A DNA stretch of 64,000 nt from Candidatus Poribacteria bacterium. GTDB taxonomy: Bacteria > Poribacteria > WGA-4E > GCA-2687025. A program made the position numbers and the translations under genes. Shown here in pieces: positions 47,888 through 58,212 of this stretch. Location: contig OY762492.1 of the NCBI GenBank assembly GCA_963665845.2, forward strand, positions 2,560,001-2,624,000. The letters run 5' to 3'. How positions within the stretch are numbered: position 1 is the stretch's first letter; every line of letters begins with the position of its first letter. The notes under the pieces are model-generated. The model was not told where the DNA came from. It saw only the letters and a list, made by a program, of their open reading frames with translations, and did not search any database.

Positions 47888-47925
47888 TGTCCATTTTTGA
47901 TACAGCGCTGTTCAAATTTTGGACA
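47888..47925. promoter_or_regulatory. Two tandem TGT-N11-ACA dyads, candidate enhancer-binding-protein sites
   Basis: TGTCCATTTTTGATACA (47888-47904) and TGTTCAAATTTTGGACA (47909-47925), 21-bp period. Confidence 0.6.
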
Positions 47926-48079
47926 ATTCCTCAGATTCGGAAAGTTAGTACGTCCATACAGGGATATTCGCGGCGCGCCGCGTCCGATTTCCCCTTGAAA
48001 GAGGTACCAGGGGGTTTAAAGGACGGTCTGGTTGCCGATGCGCCAAAACTTCACCCTAGCCGTATCGCCGGCGCTCCAG

Positions 48080-48676
48080 TCATCCGTTGGCGTTCAGATA
48101 CGCTTCGACCTCGTCCGCTTTCTCGGCGGAAATCTCGCCGGCGCGGGCGTATTCCTTGACCAACTGGCGCAGCGTGATGAGCGCGTGGAGAGTCCGCCCG
48201 CGCTGTTGAAGCGCTTCCGCCCCGCCCTGCTCCCTGTCTAAAATGACAACGGCATGCTCAACGCGGACGCCTGCCGCGTCCAGCCCGTCCAAAAACGCAA
48301 ACTTGCTGCCGCCTTGCGTGATGAGGTCGTCTATCAGAACGCACCGCGCGCCCTTTTCCAAAAAACCTTCCACCTGCGAACGGGAGCCGTACTCTTTCGG
48401 AGCCTTGCGGACATACGCCATCGGGAGGCGCAGCTTGTGCGCGGCGACAGCCGCAAGCGGTATGCCCGCCGTTTCCGCCCCAACGACCGCATCGACCGAA
48501 AGGGACGCTGCGATCTCGGCGAGCGCGTCGGTCGCCGCGTCCATCGCGGACGGAAACGACGGCAGCCTGCGCAAGTCCACATAGACAGGGCTGACAGCGC
48601 CGGAACGGAGCGTGAATTCGCCAAATTGAAGGACGCGAGCCTCTCGGAGAGCCTGCGCCGTTTGTTGCATCGACAT
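48080..48676 (-). CDS. pyrE: Orotate phosphoribosyltransferase
   Basis: FGEFTLRSG..SPVYVDLR, YVRK..KEYG, VLIDDLITQGGS, ILDREQGG. Confidence 0.95.
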   Translation of the reverse strand: MSMQQTAQALREARVLQFGEFTLRSGAVSPVYVDLRRLPSFPSAMDAATDALAEIAASLSVDAVVGAETAGIPLAAVAAHKLRLPMAYVRKAPKEYGSRSQVEGFLEKGARCVLIDDLITQGGSKFAFLDGLDAAGVRVEHAVVILDREQGGAEALQQRGRTLHALITLRQLVKEYARAGEISAEKADEVEAYLNANG

Positions 48677-48740
48677 GGTCTGTCCCCCATTTTTGGCTGA
48701 TGATAGAGCGCCTGCGGAGATTATTCAAGCCGCCTGCCTC

Positions 48741-48907
48741 TGACCTCACGCTGAAAGTTGGGACATCTGAACAACCAAAGCCTTTATCCATGGGGAAAAG
48801 GCGTCGCTAACCAAGCCGTCATTCCCGCGTAAGCGGGAATCTAGAGGCGCCGCAGAAACCGTCCGCGTTCCCCAGGCGGCATGTCCCAACTAAAGCGCTA
48901 AGGTCGG
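48741..48907. mobile_element. MITE family B copy
   Basis: TGACCTCACGCTGAAAGTTGGGACAT ... ATGTCCCAACTAAAGCGCTAAGGTC; flanks GCCTGCCTC/GCCGGCCTC. Confidence 0.82.
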
Positions 48908-48996
48908 GCCGGCCTCCGACAAGAGGCGGCTGTTTGAATTCAACGGCTGTCAAGTGTATTCTAAACGGCGTACAACGGAAAAATGGAGCGCGTCCT

Positions 48997-50577
48997 ATGA
49001 ACATGCGGCAAAATGCGCGGCGAATCGTTCGCGGAGATATTGACGGATTTTTCGGCCTGTTTATCGACAACCTCGTCCAGCTGATCATGATGGTCAGCCT
49101 GTGCGCGGCGGTCTGCGGCATTCCAAACGAGGTCATATTGGGGAGAATCTTGCCGGGCGCGGCGATCTCTATTCTGGTCGGCAACCTGTTCTACGCATGG
49201 CAGGCGCGGCGGCTCATGAGGGAAACGGGGCGCGACGATGTCACCGCCCTCCCCTACGGCATCAACACCCCCAGCCTCATCGCCTACATCTTTCTCATCA
49301 TGGGACCGGTGTACCGCGAAACGGGCGATTCCAACTTGGCATGGCAGATGGGGCTGTTCGCCTGCCTCATCAGCGGGCTGATGGAGACGGGCGGCGCGTT
49401 CATTTCAGACTGGCTAAGGCGGAACACGCCGCGCGCCGCGCTGCTGTCGGCGCTTGCCGGCATCGCCATCACCTTTATCTCCATGCCGTTTGTGTTTCAG
49501 ATCTTCGACAATCCGGTCATCGCGCTGCTGCCGACGATGGTCATCTTGATTGCGTACGCCTCTCGAACGAAGATGCCGTTCGGGCTGCCAGGGGGATTGT
49601 TTGCGCTGCTGGTCGGCGTTGCGCTGGCGTGGGGGTTGCGCTTGGCGGGACTGGAGCTGTTCACGCCGTCGGGCGAGAAAGTGGCGGTCAATCTCTACTT
49701 GCCGTCGCTGTATCTGGGCGATCTGTTCGCATTTATGGGCGACCCGCGCGGATGGAAATATATGGGCATCATCATCCCGATGGGACTTTTCAACATCATC
49801 GGCTCGCTTCAAAATCTGGAAAGCGCCGAAGCGGCAGGCGACCGGTATGAAACGCGCCCCTCGCTCCTGGCAAACGGCATCGGCTCCATTGCCGCCGCCG
49901 CGTGCGGCAGCGCGTTCCCGACCACCATCTACATCGGACACCCCGGCTGGAAGGCGCTCGGCGCCCGCGCCGCGTATTCCACCATCAACGGCGTCGTCAT
50001 CGTCGCGTTGACGCTGTTTGGCGGCATCGCGCTCATTGAACAGTACGTTCCGATGGGGGCGGTCATCGGCATCCTGCTCTGGGTCGGAATGATCATCATG
50101 GCGCAAAGCTTTCAGGATGTGCCGAAGAAGCATGCGCCTGCGGTCGCGCTCGGCTTGACGCCCTCGCTGGCGGCATGGGCGTTGGTTTTGATTGAGGCGG
50201 CGCTGCGCGCGGGCGGAACATCGCTTTTCAACGCGGCGAATTATTTGGTCAATGTCGAAAATGTTTTCATACACGGCGCGATAGCGTTGAATCAAGGCTT
50301 CATCGTGACCTCCATGATCCTGTCGGCGGCGCTGGCGTTTGTCATCAATCGGCAGTTTTTGAAAGCGGCGGCATGGACGGCGGCGGGCGGCATCCTCTCG
50401 ATGATCGGCGTCATCCACGCCTACGAGCTGACCGAACAAGGCGTCGCGAATAAGTTTGGATGGAAGGCGGATCCTGAATTTGGCGCGGCGTACTTTTTGA
50501 CGGCGGCGCTGCTGCTCTGGATACATTATTTCCGCCGAGAGCCGTCCGAGGAGGAAGAAAAAACCGGCGAAGATTGA
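48997..50577 (+). CDS. NCS2/AzgA-like nucleobase permease
   Basis: GDIDGFFGLFIDN, TALPYGINT, ESAEAAGD, FPTTIYIGHPGWK; many TMs; divergent from pyrE. Confidence 0.85.
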   Translation: MNMRQNARRIVRGDIDGFFGLFIDNLVQLIMMVSLCAAVCGIPNEVILGRILPGAAISILVGNLFYAWQARRLMRETGRDDVTALPYGINTPSLIAYIFLIMGPVYRETGDSNLAWQMGLFACLISGLMETGGAFISDWLRRNTPRAALLSALAGIAITFISMPFVFQIFDNPVIALLPTMVILIAYASRTKMPFGLPGGLFALLVGVALAWGLRLAGLELFTPSGEKVAVNLYLPSLYLGDLFAFMGDPRGWKYMGIIIPMGLFNIIGSLQNLESAEAAGDRYETRPSLLANGIGSIAAAACGSAFPTTIYIGHPGWKALGARAAYSTINGVVIVALTLFGGIALIEQYVPMGAVIGILLWVGMIIMAQSFQDVPKKHAPAVALGLTPSLAAWALVLIEAALRAGGTSLFNAANYLVNVENVFIHGAIALNQGFIVTSMILSAALAFVINRQFLKAAAWTAAGGILSMIGVIHAYELTEQGVANKFGWKADPEFGAAYFLTAALLLWIHYFRREPSEEEEKTGED

Positions 50578-50604
50578 GTATAATAAAGCAGGCAAGGAGA
50601 AGAT

Positions 50605-53600
50605 ATGGCAACGATCCATCGACCGAACAAAGATGCGCTGACGAAAGCGGTGGACATATACAGAGACGCGATGCGCGCCTTCATCATCCGCCATCTGAAG
50701 CAGGTACAAGGCCGCAACGCGGAGGACATGATCAACGAGTCGCTCGATTCTAAACGCGCTGCAGAATTTGAAGATGGGCTGCGCAACGGAAAAACGATCG
50801 AGAGCTTGATTGGCGTCAGCTCATTTCCTCACATACTGAATAAATGCTGGGAAAATCCGTTCAGAAGCGTACTGAAAGACGATCGGTACGTTTCGGACGC
50901 CTCATATCGGATACGGGACGCCCGCAACGAAGCGGCGCATATCGGTACGGAAGACATCGACAAAAATGACCTCATCGGATGGCTGAGCAACATCATCGGA
51001 TCGTTGACGCGCATCCATCAACCGAAACTGGCAGAGGCGGTTGAGGAGATTCTAAACGGCGTCATATCGCCCGCTCCCGCGCCGATTCTCCCAAAAGAAA
51101 AGCCGAAAAACGAAATTGAAGAGGCGGAAGAGAACAATAAGTCCGAAGAAATAGAGCAGTCGGAACCTCCAAAGAAGGGAAAACTGACCCCTTGGCGCGA
51201 GGCGATTGATCTGAACCCTGACGTGAAGAAGGAGAGCGGGCAGGCGGAATACCGCGCGGATCTGCAGCAGATCGGTCAAGGAGCGGCAAACTCAATCTAC
51301 AGCGATCCGACTCGATTTTTCAAGCGAACCTACATCTCGGCGGGGCTTCGGGCGCTGTTGGTGAATTCGCTGAAACGCTGGAACGGCAAAGGCGGCGACC
51401 CGGTCGTTCAAACGAAAATCGGCTTCGGCGGCGGAAAGACGCACAGCCTCATCGCCCTGCGCCATCTGGCGACGAATCAGAAAGAGCTGCTGCGCCATGG
51501 CGAATCGAACAACCCCGCCCTGGCGCGCATGACGCGCGAGATACGCGAGATTGTCGAAGCGGCGGAGCTGAACCCCGACGAAACGCCCCACGAATGCAAG
51601 GTCGCCGTTCTGGCGGGGACATACCTTTCCACAACAACCGACGCTAAAACGGAGAACGGAGACCCGCTCAACACGCTCTGGGGCGAAATGGCATACCAGC
51701 TGGCGGGTCAGCGCGGGTATGATTTCGTCGGGGAAGCGGCGCGGAGAGGTCTAGCGCCCGGCGGAAACGAACTGGACGCGCTTTTCAAACATGTCGGCTC
51801 GTTCGTCATCCTGATGGATGAAATCGTCGCCTACACGCGAGTTCTGTCTGAAGAGAAGACGGACAAGCAGATAGACGAGCTGACGGAGGATCGGATCTAC
51901 ACCTTCATTCAAAACCTGACCGAGGCGGTCCACCGAAGCAAGCGCGGCGTACTTGTCGTAACGCTCCCGTCCAGCGCGGAGGAGGCGGGCAGCAAAATAA
52001 GAGCGCAGGCGGTCCTGGACAGAATCGAAAATATCTTGGGGCGCATTGAGGCGGCGAACGAAGTTCTGGAGATCAAGGAATCGTACGAAGTGGTGCGCCG
52101 GCGCCTGTTCGAAGAGGTGAAGGACGAGGCGGCGCGCGACCAAACATGCGAAGCGTTCGCAAAAATGTACCGCAACTCCAGCAAAAGCTATCCGCCGCAC
52201 AGCCGCGACCCAAAATATCTGGATCTGATGAAGGCATGCTATCCGATCCATCCAGAGGTGTTTGATCGGCTTTATGAGGACTGGTCGGCGTATGAGCGGT
52301 TCCAGCGGACGCGCGGCGTTTTGCGTCTGATGGCGGCATGCGTTCACCATCTCCAGGACAGCGCCGACCCGCTCATCATGCCGGGCGATCTGCCGATGGA
52401 CGATCCGAAAATCAAAGGCGAGTTCACGCGGTTGCTAGGTCCAAATTGGGACCCTGTTTTTTCTGAAGTGGACGGACCCGACGCCCGCGTGAAGGAAATC
52501 GATAAGCCGTCGAAGCGGTTTGTGGAAACGGGAGGCGCAGCGCAGCGCATCGCCCGAGCGACCCTTCTCGGAAGCGCGCAAGCGAGAGCGGTACACGGCA
52601 TCGAAACGCGGCGGATAAATCTCGGCGTCGTGAAACCGGGAGACGGCGTCAACGTCTACTCCGACGCGCTGAAACAGATGAAGGAAAAGCTGTACTACCT
52701 GTACGCGCAGGGCGGGCTGCACTACTTCCACGTTGAGCCAAACCTGGTGAGAGTCGCGCAGGACAGAGTCGACAAGCTGAAAACGGAGCAGCTGGACGCG
52801 CATATCGTTCAGAAGCTGAACGAAGCGACGCGCCGACATCAAGGCGTCGCCGTCTGTCCAGACGAAACGTTCATGACGGACGATCCGAATAAAGTAACGC
52901 TGGCGGTCTTAAGCCCCAGCGAATCGCTCCCGTCCAGAGCCGCCGAAAACGACATGGCAACCGAAGCGGCGCGCCGAATACTGACAACGCGGGGCGACGG
53001 AAGCCCCCGATCCTTCCGCAACATGATCGTCTTTCTCGCCGCAAAAAACGACGCCATACGCGACCTGCGCCGCGCCGCGGCTCAATATCTGGCATGGGAC
53101 TCCATCGTCAACGGCAACGCGCATGCGGAAAAGGTTCCAGGGCTGAAAGACGACCGACTGAAAGAGGCGAAATCGCGCCTCAAAGAGAACAAGAACAAGA
53201 CCGAAGATGCGCTCATCCGCGCCTATCAGCATGCGCTCTATCCGCGTCAGCCCGACGATACGAAGACGGAGTACGAGATCATCCAGGTTCAGACAGACGC
53301 GGACGGCGACATCGTTGAGGCGGCGTTCAACAAGCTGGCCGCAGAAGAAGCGGTCGCAGAGAACATGTCCGGGGCAAGCCTTGAGCGGTTCCTGGAGGAG
53401 TATGTCTGGATCCGCGAGGAAACGAAAGACCATATCGACATCGACAAACTCTGGGGGCTGTTTGCGCAGTTCGTCTATATGCCGCGCCTTGAAAACAAAA
53501 GCGTCCTTGTCAATGCGGTCGCGGCAAGCGTGGCAGAAGGGCTTCTCGGCAGCGCGGACGATTATGACCAGGAGTCGGGGAAATACGAAAACCTGCAATA

Positions 53601-54006
53601 CGAGTCGAAGATGTCCCTATGGACGCTGAACGACCTGAGCGGGCTGATTGTGCGAAAAGACGCCGCGCTGCTTCAACATGATCTGGAACGCGAAGACGCC
53701 GCGAAACAGCGCGCCGAAGCGGAACGGCGGCGCAAAGAAAAAGAGGCGCAACGTCAACAGCAGCTGGACCCGCCGAAACTGCCCAAGCTGTTCACCATCA
53801 CCAAGCAGACGAACCTGGAATCGCTGGAACCGTCAATGGATGATCTGATGAACGAAATCATGCCGAACCTGCGGAACGGCGAAGTGTCGGTGCGCATCAT
53901 CGTGACGGCAAAGCATGCGCGCGGCTTCGATGAAAACGACGCGCGCGCCGTGCGCGAAAACTGCAAGGAACTCGGAATTGAGCTGGATGAGGAGAGCGAT
54001 CTGTAG
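50605..54006 (+). CDS. DUF499 AAA+ ATPase with N-terminal Swt1-like HEPN domain
   Basis: RDARNEAAH (Rx4H) near residue 110; TPWRE, FGGGKTH (Walker A), ILMDE (Walker B), RRRLFE, YPIHPE, FQRTRGVLR. Confidence 0.88.
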   Translation: MATIHRPNKDALTKAVDIYRDAMRAFIIRHLKQVQGRNAEDMINESLDSKRAAEFEDGLRNGKTIESLIGVSSFPHILNKCWENPFRSVLKDDRYVSDASYRIRDARNEAAHIGTEDIDKNDLIGWLSNIIGSLTRIHQPKLAEAVEEILNGVISPAPAPILPKEKPKNEIEEAEENNKSEEIEQSEPPKKGKLTPWREAIDLNPDVKKESGQAEYRADLQQIGQGAANSIYSDPTRFFKRTYISAGLRALLVNSLKRWNGKGGDPVVQTKIGFGGGKTHSLIALRHLATNQKELLRHGESNNPALARMTREIREIVEAAELNPDETPHECKVAVLAGTYLSTTTDAKTENGDPLNTLWGEMAYQLAGQRGYDFVGEAARRGLAPGGNELDALFKHVGSFVILMDEIVAYTRVLSEEKTDKQIDELTEDRIYTFIQNLTEAVHRSKRGVLVVTLPSSAEEAGSKIRAQAVLDRIENILGRIEAANEVLEIKESYEVVRRRLFEEVKDEAARDQTCEAFAKMYRNSSKSYPPHSRDPKYLDLMKACYPIHPEVFDRLYEDWSAYERFQRTRGVLRLMAACVHHLQDSADPLIMPGDLPMDDPKIKGEFTRLLGPNWDPVFSEVDGPDARVKEIDKPSKRFVETGGAAQRIARATLLGSAQARAVHGIETRRINLGVVKPGDGVNVYSDALKQMKEKLYYLYAQGGLHYFHVEPNLVRVAQDRVDKLKTEQLDAHIVQKLNEATRRHQGVAVCPDETFMTDDPNKVTLAVLSPSESLPSRAAENDMATEAARRILTTRGDGSPRSFRNMIVFLAAKNDAIRDLRRAAAQYLAWDSIVNGNAHAEKVPGLKDDRLKEAKSRLKENKNKTEDALIRAYQHALYPRQPDDTKTEYEIIQVQTDADGDIVEAAFNKLAAEEAVAENMSGASLERFLEEYVWIREETKDHIDIDKLWGLFAQFVYMPRLENKSVLVNAVAASVAEGLLGSADDYDQESGKYENLQYESKMSLWTLNDLSGLIVRKDAALLQHDLEREDAAKQRAEAERRRKEKEAQRQQQLDPPKLPKLFTITKQTNLESLEPSMDDLMNEIMPNLRNGEVSVRIIVTAKHARGFDENDARAVRENCKELGIELDEESDL

Positions 54007-54117
54007 AACGCTCTTGACAAATTTTTTTAACGCGCCATGACGTTATAATAGGCGAAAAATGCGCAACCAAACGCTGGAAGGAGGGGGTATCTCCAGTAGG
54101 CAACAGGCGGAAGGGCG

Positions 54118-56925
54118 ATGCGAAAAAAACTGATCGAAGTCGGGCTGCCGCTGGAAGAGATCAATAAAGAAGCGGCGCGAGAAAAATCGATACGGCATGG
54201 ACATCCCAGCACGCTCCATCTCTGGTGGGCAAGGCGGCCGCTCGCCGCATGCCGCGCAGTCATTTTTGCCAGTATCGTGGACGACCCGTCCGAATGTCCG
54301 GAAGAATTCCCGACTGAAGAGGCGCAAAACGACGAACGAGAACGGCTGCACGAGCTAATACGGCAGCTGGTGAAGTGGAAAACGACAGACGAGACAAAGG
54401 AGGATTCCCGCGACATTCTGAACGCCGCCCGATATGAGATCGCCAAATCGATCGCGCGGGAGGAGGAGATCAATCCGCCGTCCGACGATCCCGCCGCTGT
54501 CATGCGTTTTCTAAAAAATAAAGGTCCTGAAATATACGATCCGTTCGCAGGCGGCGGCTCCATACCTCTAGAGGCGCAGCGGCTTGGTTTGAGCGCAGTC
54601 GCTTCAGACCTAAATCCTGTTGCTGTTCTCATCAACCGCGCCATGATCGAATTGGCGCCGAAATACAGCGGCAAACCGCCTGTCAATCCGGACGCCCGCG
54701 CGAAAGTTGACGGAAAACGAGGACACGGACTCGCCGAGGATATACGGCACTACGGACAATTGATGCGCGACCGCGCCTTTGAACGGATAGGGCATTTTTA
54801 CCCGAAAGCGACATTGCAAGACGGAAAGGAAGCGACCGTCATCGCATGGTTATGGGCGCGGACTGTTCCATGTTCCAACCCCGCATGCGGCGTCCATATG
54901 CCGCTCATGAGCAGTCTGCAGGTCTCCAAGAAAGAAGGAAACGAACATTGGACGCGCCCAATCGTTGACCGCGGTACCAAGCGGGTAAGGTTTGCTGTTC
55001 AAGATCATGCAGGCGGATTGCCAGAAACGCTGCCGAGCGGACGAACGGCGGGCGACAAGGGCGCAATCTGCGTCGCCTGCGAGACGATTACGAAGTTGGA
55101 ATATGTGCGGGAGCAGGCGCGGGCTGGACGGATGGACGCTGTGATGACAGCGATTGTTGCCGACGGGAATCCAGGGCGCAGGTATCTGACGCCAACCGCT
55201 GAACATCTTGAAGAGGCGGAGAATGCGTTGCCGGAATGGCGGCCTGAGCGGCTGATACCAGAAATGTCTAAAAAAGTGAGCGGACTTTCGTACGGCATCA
55301 CGCATTGGCATGAGCTGTTTGCGGAGCGACAGCTGCTCGCATTGACAACCTTCAGCGATCTTGTTCCTGAAGTTCATGAAAAAATACAGAAAGATGGAGC
55401 TGACCAAAAATACGCCGACGCGGTCATAACCTACCTTGCCCTGGCCATCAGCAAATACGCATGTTATGGCTCCAGCTTTGCGTCTTGGGACTCAACGAAG
55501 AGGGGCGAAACAATACGTCAGGTTTTTGGAAGGCAGGCGATCCCGATGGTTTGGGATTATGCGGAGGCGAATCCGTTTTCAGCAAAAACTGGCAGTATCA
55601 TGTCTCAAGTTAAGAATGCTGTTGATATGGTTAAACGCTTGCCGACCCATGTGAAACCGGGCAGCGCGTTTCAAACGGATGCAACTACAACAGACTACAA
55701 TGGCGGCGGTCCAGTCATCGCGACCGACCCTCCCTATTACGATAACATCAGCTACGCGGAGCTGTCTGACTTCTTCTATATCTGGCTCCGTCCACTGCTG
55801 GATAACATCCATCCCGACCTGTTCAGAAGTATCCTAACGCCTAAAGAGGATGAGATGATTGCGGCGCCGCGCTTCGGCGATAAGGACAAGCAGCGGAAGC
55901 GGTTTGAGGAGCTGATGCTGCGCGCGTTCAAACGCATCCAGGAAAAATGCTCAAAGGATTATCCGTCCTCCATCTTTTACGCCTACAAGCAAGAGTTGTT
56001 GGAACGGGGAGGTCGCGCCTCAACAGGATGGGAAACGTTCCTGAACGCTGTCATCAAGACGGGGTTGCAGATAAAAGGGACATGGGCGATGCGTACGGAG
56101 ATGAAGAGTCGCATGGCAGCTATAGAAAAGGCTGCGCTGCTCTCCTCCGTCGTTTTGGTCTGTTTGCCTCGTCGCAAAGACGCGAAGCGTGCGACGCGAA
56201 GCGAATTTCAATATGCTTTGAAGGAGGAGCTGCCGCGGGAGCTGGCGCTGCTTGAGAAGAGTTGTCAGCTGGCGCCTGTTGATTTTCGTCAAGCGGCGAT
56301 CGGTCTCGGAATGGGCGTCTATTCGAGTTACCGTTCCGTTGAATGGGATGTTGGCGGTCAGCCGGTGGAGGTGCGCGATGCGCTAATGGAGATCAACCGC
56401 ATAGTTAGTAAATACCATCTCGGAACAATCGAGGACGCTGATCGGCAAAGTCAGTTCTGTTTGGAATGGCTGGAGAGCCATGGGTTCGATAAAGGCTCTT
56501 ACGGCGAGGCGGAGAAGTCGGCGCGCACTTGGGACATTGATATGGACAGCATGAGCGGGTCGATTTTGGAATCGCAGGTCGGGAAGGTTCGCCTGTTTAG
56601 CCTGGACGAGTACCTAACCCGTGAGATGAGCGATTCCATGACAGCGTGGGAGGGCTGTTTCCGCATGGCGCGCCATATGTTCGGCGAAGGGACGGGCGGG
56701 ATTGACGAATGCGCCCGTGTCATGCGCCTCATGCGCCGCAGCGGGGTGAATCTGAACGCGAGCGAGCGTCTTGCGCGCGCGTTGTACAGTTATTTCGACA
56801 GCGCGGACGATTCGCGCGGGGCTCTGTTCAACTATCTGGTGGAAGATTGGCGCAAAATACGCCAGAAGGCAGACCAGACGCAGATGTCGGACGACGCGGT
56901 CGTCCAGGGGCGGCTGGGCGAATAG
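54118..56925 (+). CDS. DUF1156 adenine-specific DNA methyltransferase with Zn ribbon
   Basis: REKSIRHGHPSTLHLWWARRPL, DPFAGGGSIPLEA, CSNPAC/CVAC, TDPPYYDNISYAELSDFFY. Confidence 0.92.
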   Translation: MRKKLIEVGLPLEEINKEAAREKSIRHGHPSTLHLWWARRPLAACRAVIFASIVDDPSECPEEFPTEEAQNDERERLHELIRQLVKWKTTDETKEDSRDILNAARYEIAKSIAREEEINPPSDDPAAVMRFLKNKGPEIYDPFAGGGSIPLEAQRLGLSAVASDLNPVAVLINRAMIELAPKYSGKPPVNPDARAKVDGKRGHGLAEDIRHYGQLMRDRAFERIGHFYPKATLQDGKEATVIAWLWARTVPCSNPACGVHMPLMSSLQVSKKEGNEHWTRPIVDRGTKRVRFAVQDHAGGLPETLPSGRTAGDKGAICVACETITKLEYVREQARAGRMDAVMTAIVADGNPGRRYLTPTAEHLEEAENALPEWRPERLIPEMSKKVSGLSYGITHWHELFAERQLLALTTFSDLVPEVHEKIQKDGADQKYADAVITYLALAISKYACYGSSFASWDSTKRGETIRQVFGRQAIPMVWDYAEANPFSAKTGSIMSQVKNAVDMVKRLPTHVKPGSAFQTDATTTDYNGGGPVIATDPPYYDNISYAELSDFFYIWLRPLLDNIHPDLFRSILTPKEDEMIAAPRFGDKDKQRKRFEELMLRAFKRIQEKCSKDYPSSIFYAYKQELLERGGRASTGWETFLNAVIKTGLQIKGTWAMRTEMKSRMAAIEKAALLSSVVLVCLPRRKDAKRATRSEFQYALKEELPRELALLEKSCQLAPVDFRQAAIGLGMGVYSSYRSVEWDVGGQPVEVRDALMEINRIVSKYHLGTIEDADRQSQFCLEWLESHGFDKGSYGEAEKSARTWDIDMDSMSGSILESQVGKVRLFSLDEYLTREMSDSMTAWEGCFRMARHMFGEGTGGIDECARVMRLMRRSGVNLNASERLARALYSYFDSADDSRGALFNYLVEDWRKIRQKADQTQMSDDAVVQGRLGE

Positions 56926-56931
56926 CCGCGC

Positions 56932-56960
56932 TTGAAACGCAGCCCCTGTCCGTCTATCAT
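56932..56960 (+). promoter_or_regulatory. Putative sigma70 promoter
   Basis: TTGAAA-17 bp-TATCAT upstream of ATG 57003. Confidence 0.5.
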
Positions 56961-57002
56961 ATGCGCAAACGCCGCCGTTTCAATCAACACGCGAGACGCA
57001 GC

Positions 57003-57578
57003 ATGGAAGCCAATTACACCAACGAGACGCTCATCGGGCGCGACTTTTCCAACGCCGACCTTCGCGGCGCCAACTTCAACGGCGCCGACCTTCGCGGCGC
57101 CGACTTCAACGGAGCCGACCTGTCGCTCGCCTATTTCGTCGGCGCCGATCTTCGCGGCGCCAACTTTGAAAACGCCGTTCTGGACGGCGCCTTTTTGAGC
57201 GGCGCCAAGGTTGGAAGCGCCAACTTTCAAAAAGCGTCCCTGCGGGAAACGATGCTCGGCGACATAGACCCCGCGCTAGAAGACCCGCTAGACCCGCCCG
57301 CCACCTTTGCCGAAGCGAACCTGACCGGCGCCGTTTTCCGCAATGTGGATCTGAACGGCGTCGCTCTGTGCCGCGCCAACCTGACGCATGCCTATCTGTA
57401 TGAGGCGCATCTCTCCGGCGCCGATCTGCGCGGGGCGGTTTTGGACGGCGCGAAGGTGAAGCGTCTCTCCCTGAACTCGAACTCGACCGCCGAGCTGACA
57501 GCAGATTACGCCTCTAAAGAATCCCTTTTGCCGGGGTCAGAATCGCCTGATCCATTGCCGCCTGGCGAGGAAGAGTGA
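57003..57578 (+). CDS. Pentapeptide-repeat protein
   Basis: ADLRG/ANFNG repeats encoded by near-identical 30-bp DNA units at about 57051-57120; 3' end overlaps the convergent SDR gene. Confidence 0.85.
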   Translation: MEANYTNETLIGRDFSNADLRGANFNGADLRGADFNGADLSLAYFVGADLRGANFENAVLDGAFLSGAKVGSANFQKASLRETMLGDIDPALEDPLDPPATFAEANLTGAVFRNVDLNGVALCRANLTHAYLYEAHLSGADLRGAVLDGAKVKRLSLNSNSTAELTADYASKESLLPGSESPDPLPPGEEE

Positions 57579-58212
57579 GCGCGAAGACGGCTGTTTCCGC
57601 CGTCTGCTCCGCGGTCAGCATGTCTTTCCGGTCGGGCGACCATGACTGCATATCCCAGAGCGGCGTGTCGACGGCGCCCGGCAGCAACGCCAAGACGCGC
57701 ACGCCATGCGGCCGCGCCTCAATGGACATGATCTCGGTCAGCATGAGCGCGCCCGCTTTCGCCGAGCAGTAGGCGCTTCCGCCCGAAAACGCCGTTTTGG
57801 AGGCGATGGAGAGAATGTTGAGTATGTCGCCCTGTCGGTTTTGGATCATGGTCGGCAGAACGGCGCGCGAGCAAAGATAGACTCCCTTTAGGTTGACGCG
57901 CACCGTGTCCCACCAGCTAGTCGGGTCCGATTCGGCGACCGTTCCGCCGGAGAGCGAGGCGCCCGCATTGTTGACCAGAATGTCGATCCGCTCATAGCGA
58001 TGCAAGACCGCTTCGGCGAGCCGCTGAACGTCCGCTTCTTCGGTCACGTCGGTTCGTATCGGCAGCGCGCCGAGTTCTTCGGCGGCGGCGTTCAGCCTCT
58101 CTTCGTTCCGCGCGGCGATGACCACCTCCGCTCCAAGGGAGGTCAACTTTGCGGCGATCGCTTTGCCGATGCCGCTGCTTCCGCCTGTGACGATTGCAAC
58201 CTTGCCTTTCAT
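57514..58212 (-). CDS. SDR oxidoreductase, candidate sepiapterin reductase
   Basis: TGGSSGIG, NNAG, YCSAK, PGAVDTPLWD; translationally coupled to the PTPS gene. Confidence 0.85.
   Translation of the reverse strand: MKGKVAIVTGGSSGIGKAIAAKLTSLGAEVVIAARNEERLNAAAEELGALPIRTDVTEEADVQRLAEAVLHRYERIDILVNNAGASLSGGTVAESDPTSWWDTVRVNLKGVYLCSRAVLPTMIQNRQGDILNILSIASKTAFSGGSAYCSAKAGALMLTEIMSIEARPHGVRVLALLPGAVDTPLWDMQSWSPDRKDMLTAEQTAETAVFALTLPRQAAMDQAILTPAKGIL

Noticed and set aside
47116-48080. Cobalamin/TPP riboswitch or Fur box upstream of the TonB receptor operon
   Set aside because: No recognisable riboswitch core or GATAATGAT-type box; a sigma54 promoter explains the region.
54014-54049. TTGACA and TATAAT upstream of the DUF1156 gene as a consensus promoter
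   Set aside because: The spacer is 24 bp, too long for one sigma70 promoter; an internal promoter is possible but not supportable as called.
56709-57002. N-terminal extension of the pentapeptide protein given in the ORF track
   Set aside because: It overlaps the methylase 3' end, and a promoter-like motif at 56932-56960 supports the ATG at 57003.
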